Shown here one piece after another: positions 30,141 to 40,314 of a stretch of DNA of 64,000 nt; the stretch's first letter is position 1; each line of letters begins with the position of its first letter. This DNA is from Coriobacteriales bacterium (GTDB lineage Bacteria > Actinomycetota > Coriobacteriia > Coriobacteriales > UBA8131): positions 21,012 through 85,011 of the forward strand of contig JAISLY010000060.1 of NCBI GenBank assembly GCA_031277035.1. The letters are read 5' to 3'. The notes beneath the pieces are model-generated. The model worked only from the letters and a program-made list of their open reading frames with translations, ran no database searches and had not been told where the DNA came from. Position numbers and translations under genes: made by a program.

Positions 30141-30774
30141 TGCGGCCCTGCCCCAAAGCCTGGGGCACCAGCGAAATGACCTGCGAACTGCCATCCGCGC
30201 AGGCTACGGTGCAGCCCCAGGCCTCTCCACTCAGGTCAAGATAGCCCGCCGTAACAAGTTCAACGCCCGCAGCCTGAAGATTCTGGAGAATTCCGCGCGC
30301 AACCTCCTCGCAGCCTCCTTCACTCAGGCCACGCCATCTCTCGGTCGTCGAAGTTCGCTGATATTCAAGCGCCGTCGTGTCCGGAGGCATCGCCACCGGA
30401 CAGGGGGTCATGGCAAACGAAGCGCTGCCTGGGACGGACGATGTGTCGCCGGCGTCTGCGTCGCGGGAGACGGTACCTCCGACATCTGCGTCGCGAGAGG
30501 CACCGACACCATCTTCGGCGGCACCGGCACCATCTCCGGCGGCACCGGCACCGGAGGCTGTTTTGTCGGAAGCCTCACGGTTGTCCTCCATCCCAGAAAG
30601 AGCGCCCTGGGCAAGGCAGATCGATACCACGAGCGACAGCACACAGGCGCCAAGCGGCAGAAATGGCCGTGGCGCATGGGATGGTGCTGCGCTGCTGTCT
30701 GCCGTGCGCCTCTCAGAAACCGTCTCCAGCGATTCTGCTGGGTGCAAAACGGGTATGTTGCCCCCACGCTTCAC
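30085..30774 (-). CDS. Membrane-anchored hypothetical protein of the tad locus
   Basis: One TM helix and a low-complexity linker, then a C-terminal GYLDLSGEAWGC domain. GTG start overlaps the pilin stop codon; start uncertain. Confidence 0.6.
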   Translation of the reverse strand: MKRGGNIPVLHPAESLETVSERRTADSSAAPSHAPRPFLPLGACVLSLVVSICLAQGALSGMEDNREASDKTASGAGAAGDGAGAAEDGVGASRDADVGGTVSRDADAGDTSSVPGSASFAMTPCPVAMPPDTTALEYQRTSTTERWRGLSEGGCEEVARGILQNLQAAGVELVTAGYLDLSGEAWGCTVACADGSSQVISLVPQALGQGRNENNRLQISVVRISPPKR

Positions 30775-31115
30775 AGTCCGTTGATCCCATCTGATATGTT
30801 GCCCCAAAGTTCTTGAAGCTTGCCTCTGAAGGCGACGACCGCAATGATCGCGATGACAACCAGCACGCCGACGAGAATTGCGTATTCCGTTGTTCCCTGA
30901 CCCCGTGCATCCCGCAGACAACGATCTCCTCGCATCACCACGGTCTTGAGGCCAGCCTGCCAGCGCTCACACAGCGCCACATACCAGGCATGCGCCTTTG
31001 CATATGTGGATAAGCCAGTCCTTACCACCGCCGTCTCCGCGCACCGTGCGCGTACCTTCGCGCAGTGCTCTTGCAGGCGCATAAGCGTACGATTCCCTGT
31101 AAACATCTTTCTCAC
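30771..31115 (-). CDS. flp: Flp family type IVb pilin
   Basis: RG|QGTTEYAILVGVLVVIAIIAV Flp motif. Confidence 0.85.
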   Translation of the reverse strand: MRKMFTGNRTLMRLQEHCAKVRARCAETAVVRTGLSTYAKAHAWYVALCERWQAGLKTVVMRGDRCLRDARGQGTTEYAILVGVLVVIAIIAVVAFRGKLQELWGNISDGINGL

Positions 31116-31942
31116 CCTATCCTTTCCATCAAATCCAATACGATTGGGCCCATCACCAATAACAACATCGCCGGCAAAATCAGTGCGCCGGTTGGCAACA
31201 GCATCTTTACCGGAGCCTTTGCCACCAGAGCCTCGCGCTTGGCCCTGTAGTCCTTGCGAGCCTCGCTTGCCAGGTCCCCAAGCAGGCGCGTCATCGGCGC
31301 CCCGTACCGTAAACTCCGAAGCACCGTCGCCACGAAACGTCCAAAGAACGGAGTGGCCACCTGCTGCCCCAACTCCCGCATACCCGCCTCACGGCTTACC
31401 AGACCCCGCTGCCATATCTCCAATGGGCCCTTGCAGAGACGGGCAAGCGGAGTCTCAAAGCGACAGGTATAGAGCTCAAACGCCTGGTCAAAGCCCATGC
31501 CCGCACGCATGCCAAGCGCGATTACCTCAAGCATCGCAGGCAAATCCCGTTCGTAATTTGCCTGCATACGATTCTCTGCCTGGCGCTGAGAGAGACGTGC
31601 CTGAAGGAATCCGAGGAGAGGTATGCGAGCACGGCCAGTCGAGAACGCGGCTCGCGAGGAGGGCATATCTGCTGTGCCCAGAGCTGCCGTATCGCGGGCT
31701 GCCGTATCGCGGGCTGCCGCGTTGAGGGCTGCTGTGTCCGAAGCAACCGTGCCCGCAGATTGCGTCGTCGTGGAGCCAGCAGAGAGGGGCAGGCGTCCCA
31801 GGCCTCCCAGGCCTCCCAGGCGTGCGTGCATCTGTTGGCGATTGCGGATGCGCATGCGGTGTTTCAGCAGCTCACCACAACACAGGTATACGGCAACAGC
31901 TCCGCTGCCAAGCGCTATCGACAGACACACAGACAACCACAT
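31112..31942 (-). CDS. tadC: Tad pilus assembly protein TadC (T2SSF)
   Basis: DLPAMLEVIALGMRAG..AKAPVKMLLP..ILPA. Confidence 0.88.
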   Translation of the reverse strand: MWLSVCLSIALGSGAVAVYLCCGELLKHRMRIRNRQQMHARLGGLGGLGRLPLSAGSTTTQSAGTVASDTAALNAAARDTAARDTAALGTADMPSSRAAFSTGRARIPLLGFLQARLSQRQAENRMQANYERDLPAMLEVIALGMRAGMGFDQAFELYTCRFETPLARLCKGPLEIWQRGLVSREAGMRELGQQVATPFFGRFVATVLRSLRYGAPMTRLLGDLASEARKDYRAKREALVAKAPVKMLLPTGALILPAMLLLVMGPIVLDLMERIG

Positions 31943-31970
31943 CAGACTTCTCCTTTCTTCTCCCCTTGCT

Positions 31971-33050
31971 CTATTCCAGGTCGATTCCCAGGATTCGGCG
32001 AATGGAAAGTACCCCTGCAAGCTCCATGCCCAAAGCGACGACAAGAATGGCCAGACCTGCGAAGCTCGAGAAGAAGGCCTGGAGATACCCTTCCATCGCC
32101 AGTGAGAGCACAGCGATCAGAACAAGCGGCATAAGGGCGACAATCCGTGCCGAAAGACGGGCTTGAGCGGTCTGCACGCTCAGCTGGCGACGCAGGTCGC
32201 CAGCTGCCAAGACGGCGCTGGCTGCGCTCTCCAGAAGTTCCTGAAGGCTTCCTCCCGTGCGATGCTGCACCTCCAGGGCGACGATGGCAAAGCGCAGTTC
32301 CGCAGCGCTCGTCCGCTGTTCAAGGCTGCCCAGAGCCTCCTCGATGCTTCGCCCCGCAGCAACATCGCAGACCGCTTGCCACAGTTCTGCGCCCAGAGGG
32401 TCAGGCGTCTCAGCCGCTGTCTGTTCCAGCGCCTGTTGCAGGGAGTACCCGGCTGAGAAGCACAGACCGATGGAGCGCAGGGCCTCGGGTATCTGTTCAC
32501 GAAGACGGCTTTCCCACTCGCGAAGCGTCCGTTCGGCGATGTTCGCAGTCAACATGACGAAAAGCACTGCCGCGCAAAGCCCGACGAGGGCAATCCCACT
32601 CAAAAGCCAAACGAGGATGAACCCTGCCAATGCGATAAGAAGCAGCAGTTCACAGACCTGTTGTGTTCCCGATACGAAACCTCGAATCCGCAGAGCGGAG
32701 ACCTCCCTCTGCAAAACTCTTGCCACCCGCGCGCTCCTTATGAGCGCTTGCGCGAGAAGACGAAACGGTCGCACGCCGTTTCTCAACAGGTCGCTGAGCA
32801 CGATGCCACATCCCGCGGCCACCACACCAATCATGCCTTTTGAGCGAGCGCCCAGGTTCCGTACCAAGCTTGCCTGTCGTGTGTCTGCAGCGCCCGCGCT
32901 GCCAGGAATACGGGCTCCCTCTTCAAGAAAACGCGCCCGGGCCTGGGCAATGCGGGCAAACCGTCGCAAGGCAAAAAGCGAGGGTGGGAGAAGGAGCGCT
33001 CCGCACGCCCCGGCGGCGGCAATCGAGAGTATCAACAGCAGGTGAGACAT
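31971..33050 (-). CDS. tadB: Tad pilus assembly protein TadB (T2SSF)
   Basis: QIPEAL..AGYSL..TGGSL..TAQARLSARIV. Confidence 0.88.
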   Translation of the reverse strand: MSHLLLILSIAAAGACGALLLPPSLFALRRFARIAQARARFLEEGARIPGSAGAADTRQASLVRNLGARSKGMIGVVAAGCGIVLSDLLRNGVRPFRLLAQALIRSARVARVLQREVSALRIRGFVSGTQQVCELLLLIALAGFILVWLLSGIALVGLCAAVLFVMLTANIAERTLREWESRLREQIPEALRSIGLCFSAGYSLQQALEQTAAETPDPLGAELWQAVCDVAAGRSIEEALGSLEQRTSAAELRFAIVALEVQHRTGGSLQELLESAASAVLAAGDLRRQLSVQTAQARLSARIVALMPLVLIAVLSLAMEGYLQAFFSSFAGLAILVVALGMELAGVLSIRRILGIDLE

Positions 33051-34492
33051 GCTCGCCACCTTTCCAACTCCTTCGCCTCAATCTCATCAATCGCAGGAGG
33101 CAGAGCAGCATCTTCCAGCCAGGGCGGCACAGCCCGCCAGAGATAGGCAGCCTGCCTCACATTCCACGAGACCAACGTCTGCAGCTCGACACCAGAACGA
33201 CCGTGTCCATGTTGCCCAGCGCCCGCGCCCGCAGCGGCGCCCGCAGCGGCGTCGCCCGATTGCCCAAAAGCGGCGTCGGATGGCTCGGCTCCAGCATCAG
33301 CACCGGCGCCGTCCAAACGTCTGGCGTCAGTGCCGCCTGAACAAAGGCAGACGCTTGTTACTCTTCGTACGCCGTCGGCAGCCCGGTCTATCTGCACAAT
33401 CAAATCGAAGGCCGTCGCAATCTGCTGCTCGATGACCTCGACAGGCAGATCCATGCCAAAGCGCGCCATCATCACCAGGCGGTTTATGACGTCGCCCGGC
33501 GAGTTTGCGTGCAGCGTGGTCATCGAGCCATCGTGGCCGGTGTTCATCGCCTGGAGCATGTCGAGCGCCTCGGCACCACGACATTCACCGACAACAATGC
33601 GATCAGGCCGCATCCTGAGCGCATTTGCGACCAGGTCGCGGATGCTCACCTCGCCCGTACCCTCCGCATTACGCATCCGGGCCTCAAGTCGCACCACATG
33701 AGGATGCGTGAGAAAGCGCAGCTCGGCGGCATCCTCAATGGTGATGATGCGTTCATTGGAGGGAATTTCAACAGAAAGCGCGTTCAGCAATGTGGTCTTG
33801 CCCGCGCCGGTGCCTCCGCTGACGGCGATGCTCCTGCGACAGATGACCGCCCACCTCAGCAACTGGCTCAACTCAAGGCTCATGGTGCCGCGCCTGACCA
33901 GCTCCCTCAGCGTATAGGGCGCGTCGCTGAACTTCCGTATAGTGAGAACCGGCCCGTCGACAGCAAGTGGCGGAATGACAACATTGATGCGATGCCCCTG
34001 GGGTAGACGGGCGCTGACAAGAGGGCTCTGCTCATCGACCCGCCGCCCCAGCGGCCCGACGATGCGGTCGATAACCATGCGAAGCTGCTGCTCATCGGCA
34101 AAAGTCACCGAACTGGGCGCTATCTTGCCTTCGCGCTCATAGAAGACCGCGTGAGGGCCGTTGACCATGATTTCGGTCACTGAGGGGTCGATGAGCAGCT
34201 CCTCAAGCGGACCGAGGCCCAGCGTGAGGTTCAGTACCTCCGAGATCAACTCTGCGCGACCGCCTGCCTCCATATGCGCGTATTCCTGACCCTGGGCGAT
34301 CTGTTCAAGGACGGCACTGACCTCCCGCTGGGCACGCTGCCGGTCTTCGGCCAGAAGTGCCGCAATCCGTTTGCTTGGCAGGCGTCGATAGAGCAGGTCG
34401 CGCAGGCGGGTGCGCTGTTCGGTGCGCTGCGTTCCCGCGACAAGCTGCGGCGTATCGCAGCCTGGCTGCTCCAGATACTCAAGAAGGGACAT
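33032..34492 (-). CDS. tadA: Tad pilus ATPase TadA/CpaF
   Basis: GGTGAGKTT, ITIEDAAEL, LRMRPDRIVVGECRG, and AMNTGHDGSMTTLHAN. Confidence 0.95.
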   Translation of the reverse strand: MSLLEYLEQPGCDTPQLVAGTQRTEQRTRLRDLLYRRLPSKRIAALLAEDRQRAQREVSAVLEQIAQGQEYAHMEAGGRAELISEVLNLTLGLGPLEELLIDPSVTEIMVNGPHAVFYEREGKIAPSSVTFADEQQLRMVIDRIVGPLGRRVDEQSPLVSARLPQGHRINVVIPPLAVDGPVLTIRKFSDAPYTLRELVRRGTMSLELSQLLRWAVICRRSIAVSGGTGAGKTTLLNALSVEIPSNERIITIEDAAELRFLTHPHVVRLEARMRNAEGTGEVSIRDLVANALRMRPDRIVVGECRGAEALDMLQAMNTGHDGSMTTLHANSPGDVINRLVMMARFGMDLPVEVIEQQIATAFDLIVQIDRAADGVRRVTSVCLCSGGTDARRLDGAGADAGAEPSDAAFGQSGDAAAGAAAGAGAGQHGHGRSGVELQTLVSWNVRQAAYLWRAVPPWLEDAALPPAIDEIEAKELERWRACLTCC

Positions 34493-35906
34493 GGCCAAGC
34501 CTTCCCAAGCCGGAGAAAAGCCCGCCCAGACCAGCAAGGCGCCGCCCAAAACCTCTGGCCTCATCCGTACTGCCATCACCGGCGTTACGCGCGTCGCGTC
34601 TGCCGTCGCGTCTGCCGTCGCGTGGCCCGTCGCCGACCCTGCCCACCGCGCGACCGCCCTCGACGAACAGGCACTCGACGGTCAGCTGCTCGAACAGGGA
34701 ATCGAGTGAGGCGACAAAGGCGTTTTTGCTGTGCGCAAGTTCTTTCGGGCAACCGAGGGAAAGCAGTTCGTCTACCAGGGTGCCCCCATCGGCAAGCTCG
34801 CAGACGTCCGCCCCTCCCAGGGCCAGAGAGACATCCTGAACGCCGAGGGCCGCATAGCGTCCACAACCGTTGAGGGCGTACAGGAAGCGTGCCTGGGGAA
34901 CCTGCAGGCGGATGCAGAGATCAGCCGCCTGCCTGCAGGCGTTTACCGAGGTAGAACGCTGGTCCATCAGAAAGACAAGATGGCTGCACCTGCGGGCGAG
35001 CACGGCATGGAGATCGCTCCAGAAAGAGCCGGTGTTGGCGATGACCAGATCGAAGGCAGACGTAAGGCAGTCGAGGAAAGAGGGGATGTCGGCAAGGAGC
35101 ACCTCGGCCTGCTCCGGCTGCGATGGAGCCTCGACGATGAGTAACTCACCGGTATCGACTCCGCCAGCAGAGAGACGACTGAGTTCTCCCAGGGGAATTT
35201 TGCGCAGATGTCCCCGCTCCTCTTTTCCCGCCAGATAGGCGATGTCCCCAAACTGCAGGTCAAGGTCGATAAGGGCCGTGCGCAGGCCTCGCCTTTGCGC
35301 CACCAGGGCAAGCATCAGGGAAACGGCGCTTTTGCCAACGCCACCACGCCCTGAGAAGATGCCCGCCAACAGTCCTGGTGACGCTGAGAGCGCGGAGCTT
35401 TCTCCAGAAACAGGCACGGCAGAGGGGGCGAGAGGTGCTGCCGGTGCGGCAACCTGGGGGGAGGTCTTTTCCCGGGAGATGTGCGCCGGGGGTTGTGCAG
35501 GAGCAGGCTGCGTTGAGGGTTGTGCAGGAGCAGGCTGCGTTGAGGGTTTTTGCGTTGAGGACGCCGGCAGCGTGGACTGCCGCTCTCCCGGGAGGAATGG
35601 CTCGAGGAGTTGTTCTGCCTGTGCGGGGCTTATCACCTCCCGAATGCCCGCAGCCCGGGCCCGACCTACAAGAGCATGCGTCGGTGCCGCTTCAGCAAGA
35701 TACACGTCACGCTCCGGCGCATCGGCACAAAGCGCGGCCGCAAGGTTTATGGGAGTAATCTCTCCGCCGGTGCAGACAATTACCGGTGTGGAGGAAGGTT
35801 CATTTCGCAGAGCCTCGCGACAGGCGGCGCTGGAGATAAACGTGCGGGCCTCTCGCAGGGTATCGACCTCGGGGTAAAACGCATAGGCCGCCACAAGACT
35901 ATTCAC
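34479..35906 (-). CDS. CpaE/TadZ-like MinD/ParA ATPase
   Basis: SGRGGVGKS deviant Walker A and DLDLQFGD. GTG start inferred from the overlap with cpaB. Confidence 0.82.
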   Translation of the reverse strand: MNSLVAAYAFYPEVDTLREARTFISSAACREALRNEPSSTPVIVCTGGEITPINLAAALCADAPERDVYLAEAAPTHALVGRARAAGIREVISPAQAEQLLEPFLPGERQSTLPASSTQKPSTQPAPAQPSTQPAPAQPPAHISREKTSPQVAAPAAPLAPSAVPVSGESSALSASPGLLAGIFSGRGGVGKSAVSLMLALVAQRRGLRTALIDLDLQFGDIAYLAGKEERGHLRKIPLGELSRLSAGGVDTGELLIVEAPSQPEQAEVLLADIPSFLDCLTSAFDLVIANTGSFWSDLHAVLARRCSHLVFLMDQRSTSVNACRQAADLCIRLQVPQARFLYALNGCGRYAALGVQDVSLALGGADVCELADGGTLVDELLSLGCPKELAHSKNAFVASLDSLFEQLTVECLFVEGGRAVGRVGDGPRDGRRDGRRDARNAGDGSTDEARGFGRRLAGLGGLFSGLGRLGHVPS

Positions 35907-36912
35907 GGTCAATCCCACCCTCGCCACCAGCGAGGCCAGCGCCCTCGCCACCGACGCCACCCTCGTCGCCGACGCCACCCGCAAGGCCCACACCCGCGCC
36001 ACCAACGCCACCCGCGCCCGCCGCACCATCAGCCGCGCCCTCGTTCGCGTCATCCGCGCCTGTGAGACCCGCGCCGCCAACGCCACCAGCGAGACCAGCG
36101 CCCGCGCCGCCCTCGAAATCGCCATTGCTGCCAACCGTTCCACTATCGGCGTCTTTGAGCTCCTCTTCGGGGTTACCTGGCTCAGGGTCATCACCGGTCT
36201 CAAGATCCTCCAGGCCAATCCCAGTACCGGGCAAGACGAGATACAGGCTTTTGTCGCGTGAGGCGGCAATCAGTTCCTGCACCCGATGCGGCTCGATGGC
36301 AAGAGTCACCCAGGCAAGCGCTTTTCGTGTGGCAACGTCTCCAAAAAGGCGAGACCCTGACGAGGTCGCCGCCGATGTGCCATCGATTGCTCCGTTGCTG
36401 GTCTCAAGTACCAGAACATCCTCAGCAAGCAGCTCAACTGCCGAGGGGCCGGCGGCATAGACCATGATGATCGAACCGACACGGATAGCGCCGCCCACCG
36501 CAAGCACGTCGTCGGTGGGAATGCTGACCGCACAGAAGCCCGCGGGCACGCTGAGTGCCTCAGCCGAAGCGCTCCCGTCGCCAAGTTTGGCTGCAACCAC
36601 CGGTTCGTTGCACAGAAGAGGCAGTGCCAGCATCTGTCCGAAGACCTCCTTCTGCTCGCCCAAGGCACCCTCGGGCAGCAGATCGCTCAGCCAGAGCTGT
36701 GAACTCACGTTATCGGCACTCAGCGTCTCTCCTGCCGCTATGTCGCGCGTTGCCACAAACACCTCAATCTGATCGCCTCCATAAGAGGTAAGTGCCCGTT
36801 GCCTCGACTCGGTTGCCTCAGCACGTATTCCAGAGGCGTAAAGCGCCATCGCCAACGCAGCTACTGCGGCACAAAGCAGGGCCAGTGCCGTCCTCTTTCT
36901 CGACCAGCTCAT
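35899..36912 (-). CDS. cpaB: Flp pilus assembly protein CpaB/RcpC (SAF domain)
   Basis: TM helix, VATRDIAAGE (SAF), VPAGFCAVSI..VGGAIRVG, and a Gly/Ala/Asp-rich tail. Confidence 0.88.
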   Translation of the reverse strand: MSWSRKRTALALLCAAVAALAMALYASGIRAEATESRQRALTSYGGDQIEVFVATRDIAAGETLSADNVSSQLWLSDLLPEGALGEQKEVFGQMLALPLLCNEPVVAAKLGDGSASAEALSVPAGFCAVSIPTDDVLAVGGAIRVGSIIMVYAAGPSAVELLAEDVLVLETSNGAIDGTSAATSSGSRLFGDVATRKALAWVTLAIEPHRVQELIAASRDKSLYLVLPGTGIGLEDLETGDDPEPGNPEEELKDADSGTVGSNGDFEGGAGAGLAGGVGGAGLTGADDANEGAADGAAGAGGVGGAGVGLAGGVGDEGGVGGEGAGLAGGEGGIDRE

Positions 36913-37254
36913 ACCGCTCCCCCTTCTTCTCTCAATTCTTGCCTGTCGTCAGGCGAATGAACGGGCGGAGGGCGAAGTATGAAGCACGGGCCTTTCCCAA
37001 CTCTGAACATCGTCCAAATCGAATCTGACCGAAAGCCGATGCGTATCCGAACAGAGCCTGTCAGAAGACCGAATCTGCAGCCTCGAAGCGTGAATGCCCT
37101 GGCCAACAGGAAGTCTGGCCAAAGAATCAGTTTTTTACTTTTATACTAGCTTATTGCCAGCTGGTCTATTTGAGGCGCCGAGCGGTTTTACGGCTCGCCC
37201 CTCTTGCCAGGCTTCGTGCTTTCGGCTATATTCGCGGCGAACCGTATGAGCCGC

Positions 37255-37383
37255 ATCCCTGAACCCCTTGGGGGTACCCGGTGGACTGGGCTGCGGCCTG
37301 TGTGGAATGACGCGTGTGGAATGACGCGTGTGGAATTGCACACATGGAATGACACGGTATCCCTGAAACCCCTTGGGGGTACC
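37255..37383. repeat. Two 24-25-bp direct repeats (ATCCCTGAA(A)CCCCTTGGGGGTACC) flanking four 14-bp units (TGTGGAATGACGCG)
   Basis: Copies at 37255-37278 and 37359-37383; 14-mers at 37301-37356. Confidence 0.8.
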
Positions 37384-37434
37384 TTTTGCCTGAGGCTCGT
37401 TGAGGGGTCCACCCTCAGTTGAGAGGAGCACGAG

Positions 37435-37623
37435 ATGCCACATCCGATTATCAACACCGATGAGTGTTCAGCCTGCGGGATCTGCGTTGACGCCTGCCCA
37501 CAGGATGTGCTTGACATTGTCCGTGACGCGGCGGCCGTCGTGAACGAAGACAACTGTATCGGCTGCGGAGACTGCATGGAAGAATGCCCGATGGGCGCAA
37601 TCGAAGAGATTGAGGAGGACTGA
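37435..37623 (+). CDS. 2x[4Fe-4S] ferredoxin
   Basis: Two CxxCxxCxxxCP motifs; GAGGAG RBS. Confidence 0.95.
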   Translation: MPHPIINTDECSACGICVDACPQDVLDIVRDAAAVVNEDNCIGCGDCMEECPMGAIEEIEED

Positions 37624-37831
37624 ACACCTGTGCTATCGGGGGCTTTGCCCCCGCAAACCCTCCCCTATTCTCCCTATTCCTCTCCTACCCGAAGTGCTAA
37701 ATGAGGATTCTTCCGCATTTTCGCCCACTTCTCTGCGGTACTATGTTCACAGACACAAAAATGCTCTGAGAAAAGCGGCTTGAGTGCCGTGCGCCCTGTT
37801 GTGGGCGCGCAATCAGAAGGAGGTCGGGAAC

Positions 37832-40237
37832 ATGGCAATGAGCAGGGAATGGAGACGGGAGAACCCGGACGGCTCAGTCACCGTACGGAGCTGTTGCTGG
37901 TCGCCCCCGGGCGATCATCCGGTGGGCTGTGGGCTTCTGTTGACGGTCAAGGACGGCAAGTTGATCAATGTCGAAGGCGACGAGGAACACAGCATCACCA
38001 ATGGCCGCCTGTGCATCCGCGCCCTGTCGCTACCCGAGATTGTCCACTCACCCGAGCGCATTCTGTACCCCATGAAGCGCGATCCAAAGGACCGCGGCAA
38101 GGACGCGTGGACGCGCATCAGCTGGGACGAGACTTTTGACCTGGTCTGCGGCAAGGTCAATTACTTTAAAGACGAGTACGGGGCGCAGTCCATTCTGGTC
38201 TTTGGCGGTACGGGACGCGAGGCCTGCATCTACTACTACCCTCTGGGCTTTTCCACCCTGCAGACGCCCAATGTCTGCTACGGGCAGTCCGGCTGGTCGT
38301 GTTACGGGCCGCGCTGCTCCATCACCGACTATATCCTCGGCGCTGGCTACCCTGAGATAGACTTTGCCGGCTATTTTGAGGATCGCTACAACAACCCTGA
38401 GTTCGAACTGCCCAAGTATGTGGTCTGCTGGGGCAAGATGCCGCTGGCCTCAAATGGCGATGGGCTGTTTGGCCATGCCCTTATCGACATGATGCGCCTG
38501 GGCACCAAGATTATCATGATCGACCCGCGTATCACCTGGCTGGGCGCCATCGAGGGCAATATCAACCTCCAGATCAAGCCCGGCTCGGACGCCGCCGTGG
38601 GCCTCGGTCTGGCAAACGTCATCATCGAGGAAGGCCTGCAGGACCAGGAGTGGATTGACGCCTGGTGCTACGGCTGGGACGAGTTTGTCGAACGCGCAAA
38701 GGAGTACCCGCCCGAGCGCGTTGAGGAGCTGGCCTGGTGTTCGGCTGAGCAACTGCGCAAGGTTGCCCGCTGCATGGCAGAAAAGCCCGTGTCCATCGCC
38801 TGGGGCCTGGCCGTCGATCAAAACCCCAACGGCTCACAGGTCGGCCACATCACCATCATCCTTCAGGCCATTACCGGCAACATCGACATCCCCGGTGGCC
38901 TGACACTCGGGCCGCCCTCCGCCCTGCTGGGAAAGTGGCGGATGGAGACGCGCAAGGACCTCGCCCCCGATCTTTGGGACATGCGCCTTGGAGCCGCGGA
39001 ATATCCGGCGCTCTCAAACGCGATGGCCACAACCCATCCCGACTTCACGCTCGATGTGCTTGAGACCGGCAAACCCTACGAGATTAAGATGTGCTGGTTT
39101 AACTCCTCCAACCTGCTGGCCCCCACCTGCTCGGCCGCGCCGACGCGCTGGCACGACGCGCTTATCAAGACCGAGTTCAACGTGGTGCAGGATCTCTTCA
39201 TGACCCCGACGGCCATGGCCTGCGCAGACGTCTTCCTCCCCCTGCCAACCGTCGCCGAGCACGATGGCGTCGTCATCACCCACTACGGACGCAACACGGT
39301 CTTTCTGGGGGCGATGAACGAGGCGCTGCGCCTTGGAGAGACCAAAAGCGACATCGAGGTCTGCATCGAGTTTGGTAAGCGACTGAACAACGCAGGGCCC
39401 GACGGCAGTTCGACCTGGAATGTCTTTGAGGGCGATACGCGTGATCAGTTCGTCCCGGACTTCTTTACCAAGCAGCTTGAGCCGGAACTTGGCTTTGACT
39501 TTGACGAGTTGCGCAGAATAGGCTTCTATCAGCCCGGCTATACCTATCGCAAGTATGAAAAGGGTATGCTGCGCTTTGATGGCGAGCCCGGCTTTAACAC
39601 GGTCACCGGTATGGTGGAGCTCTACTCCACGCTCTTTGACGCCTGGGGCGAAGACCCCCTGCCCTACTACGAAGAGCCGCGTTGGAGCCCCGTCAGCCAT
39701 CCCGAGTTGGCCGAGCGCTATCCGCTCATGATGACCACCGGCTCGCGCGAGTACAGTTCCTTTCACTCCGAGCATCGCCAGATACCGACCCTGCGCCACT
39801 TCCGCACCTATCCCGACATCGAGATACATCCCGATGTGGCCGCACAGTATGGCATCGAGGAGGGCGACTGGGTAGAAGTCGAGAACCCCTTTGGTCGGGC
39901 ACGGCAGAAGGCTCATCTGGTTATCACCATCGATCCTCGCGTCGTCCATTGTCGTCATGGCTGGTGGTACCCCGAGCAGGATGGTGAGGAACCAAACCTC
40001 TTTGGCACCTGGAAGTCCAACGTCAATACCCTCGTGCCGCACTTCGATATCGGAAGGCTCGGCTTCGGAGCACCGTTCAAGAGTGTTTTCTGCTCCATCA
40101 AAAAGGTCGATGACCTGGACAGCATCGTGCCCAAACGCTCCTACGACATCGTCAAGGAGCAGGACAGGCTGGCAGAGGTCGAGGGTGTGGACCCTGCGAA
40201 CATCGTGGATATCCACAGAGAGCATCGCATCTATTGA
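37832..40237 (+). CDS. Bis-MGD molybdopterin oxidoreductase catalytic subunit (acetylene hydratase/catechol dehydroxylase-like clade, cytoplasmic)
   Basis: CCWSPPGDHPVGC..NGRLC N-terminus, PERILYPMKR, RISWDE, DLFMTPTA..ADVFLP, and a C-terminal Mo-binding domain (TTGSR..FHSEHR, HGWW). No Tat signal. AAGGAGG RBS. Confidence 0.92.
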   Translation: MAMSREWRRENPDGSVTVRSCCWSPPGDHPVGCGLLLTVKDGKLINVEGDEEHSITNGRLCIRALSLPEIVHSPERILYPMKRDPKDRGKDAWTRISWDETFDLVCGKVNYFKDEYGAQSILVFGGTGREACIYYYPLGFSTLQTPNVCYGQSGWSCYGPRCSITDYILGAGYPEIDFAGYFEDRYNNPEFELPKYVVCWGKMPLASNGDGLFGHALIDMMRLGTKIIMIDPRITWLGAIEGNINLQIKPGSDAAVGLGLANVIIEEGLQDQEWIDAWCYGWDEFVERAKEYPPERVEELAWCSAEQLRKVARCMAEKPVSIAWGLAVDQNPNGSQVGHITIILQAITGNIDIPGGLTLGPPSALLGKWRMETRKDLAPDLWDMRLGAAEYPALSNAMATTHPDFTLDVLETGKPYEIKMCWFNSSNLLAPTCSAAPTRWHDALIKTEFNVVQDLFMTPTAMACADVFLPLPTVAEHDGVVITHYGRNTVFLGAMNEALRLGETKSDIEVCIEFGKRLNNAGPDGSSTWNVFEGDTRDQFVPDFFTKQLEPELGFDFDELRRIGFYQPGYTYRKYEKGMLRFDGEPGFNTVTGMVELYSTLFDAWGEDPLPYYEEPRWSPVSHPELAERYPLMMTTGSREYSSFHSEHRQIPTLRHFRTYPDIEIHPDVAAQYGIEEGDWVEVENPFGRARQKAHLVITIDPRVVHCRHGWWYPEQDGEEPNLFGTWKSNVNTLVPHFDIGRLGFGAPFKSVFCSIKKVDDLDSIVPKRSYDIVKEQDRLAEVEGVDPANIVDIHREHRIY

Positions 40238-40314
40238 TCGTCGGCTCATCTCTGGGGTCGTGTCCAAAGCGGCCGCACCCGGAGAAAGGACTCGAAGAGA
40301 GAGGTTGAGGGACT

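Noticed and set aside
37832-40237. Selenocysteine recoding in the molybdoenzyme
   Set aside because: The ORF is uninterrupted, with no in-frame TGA.
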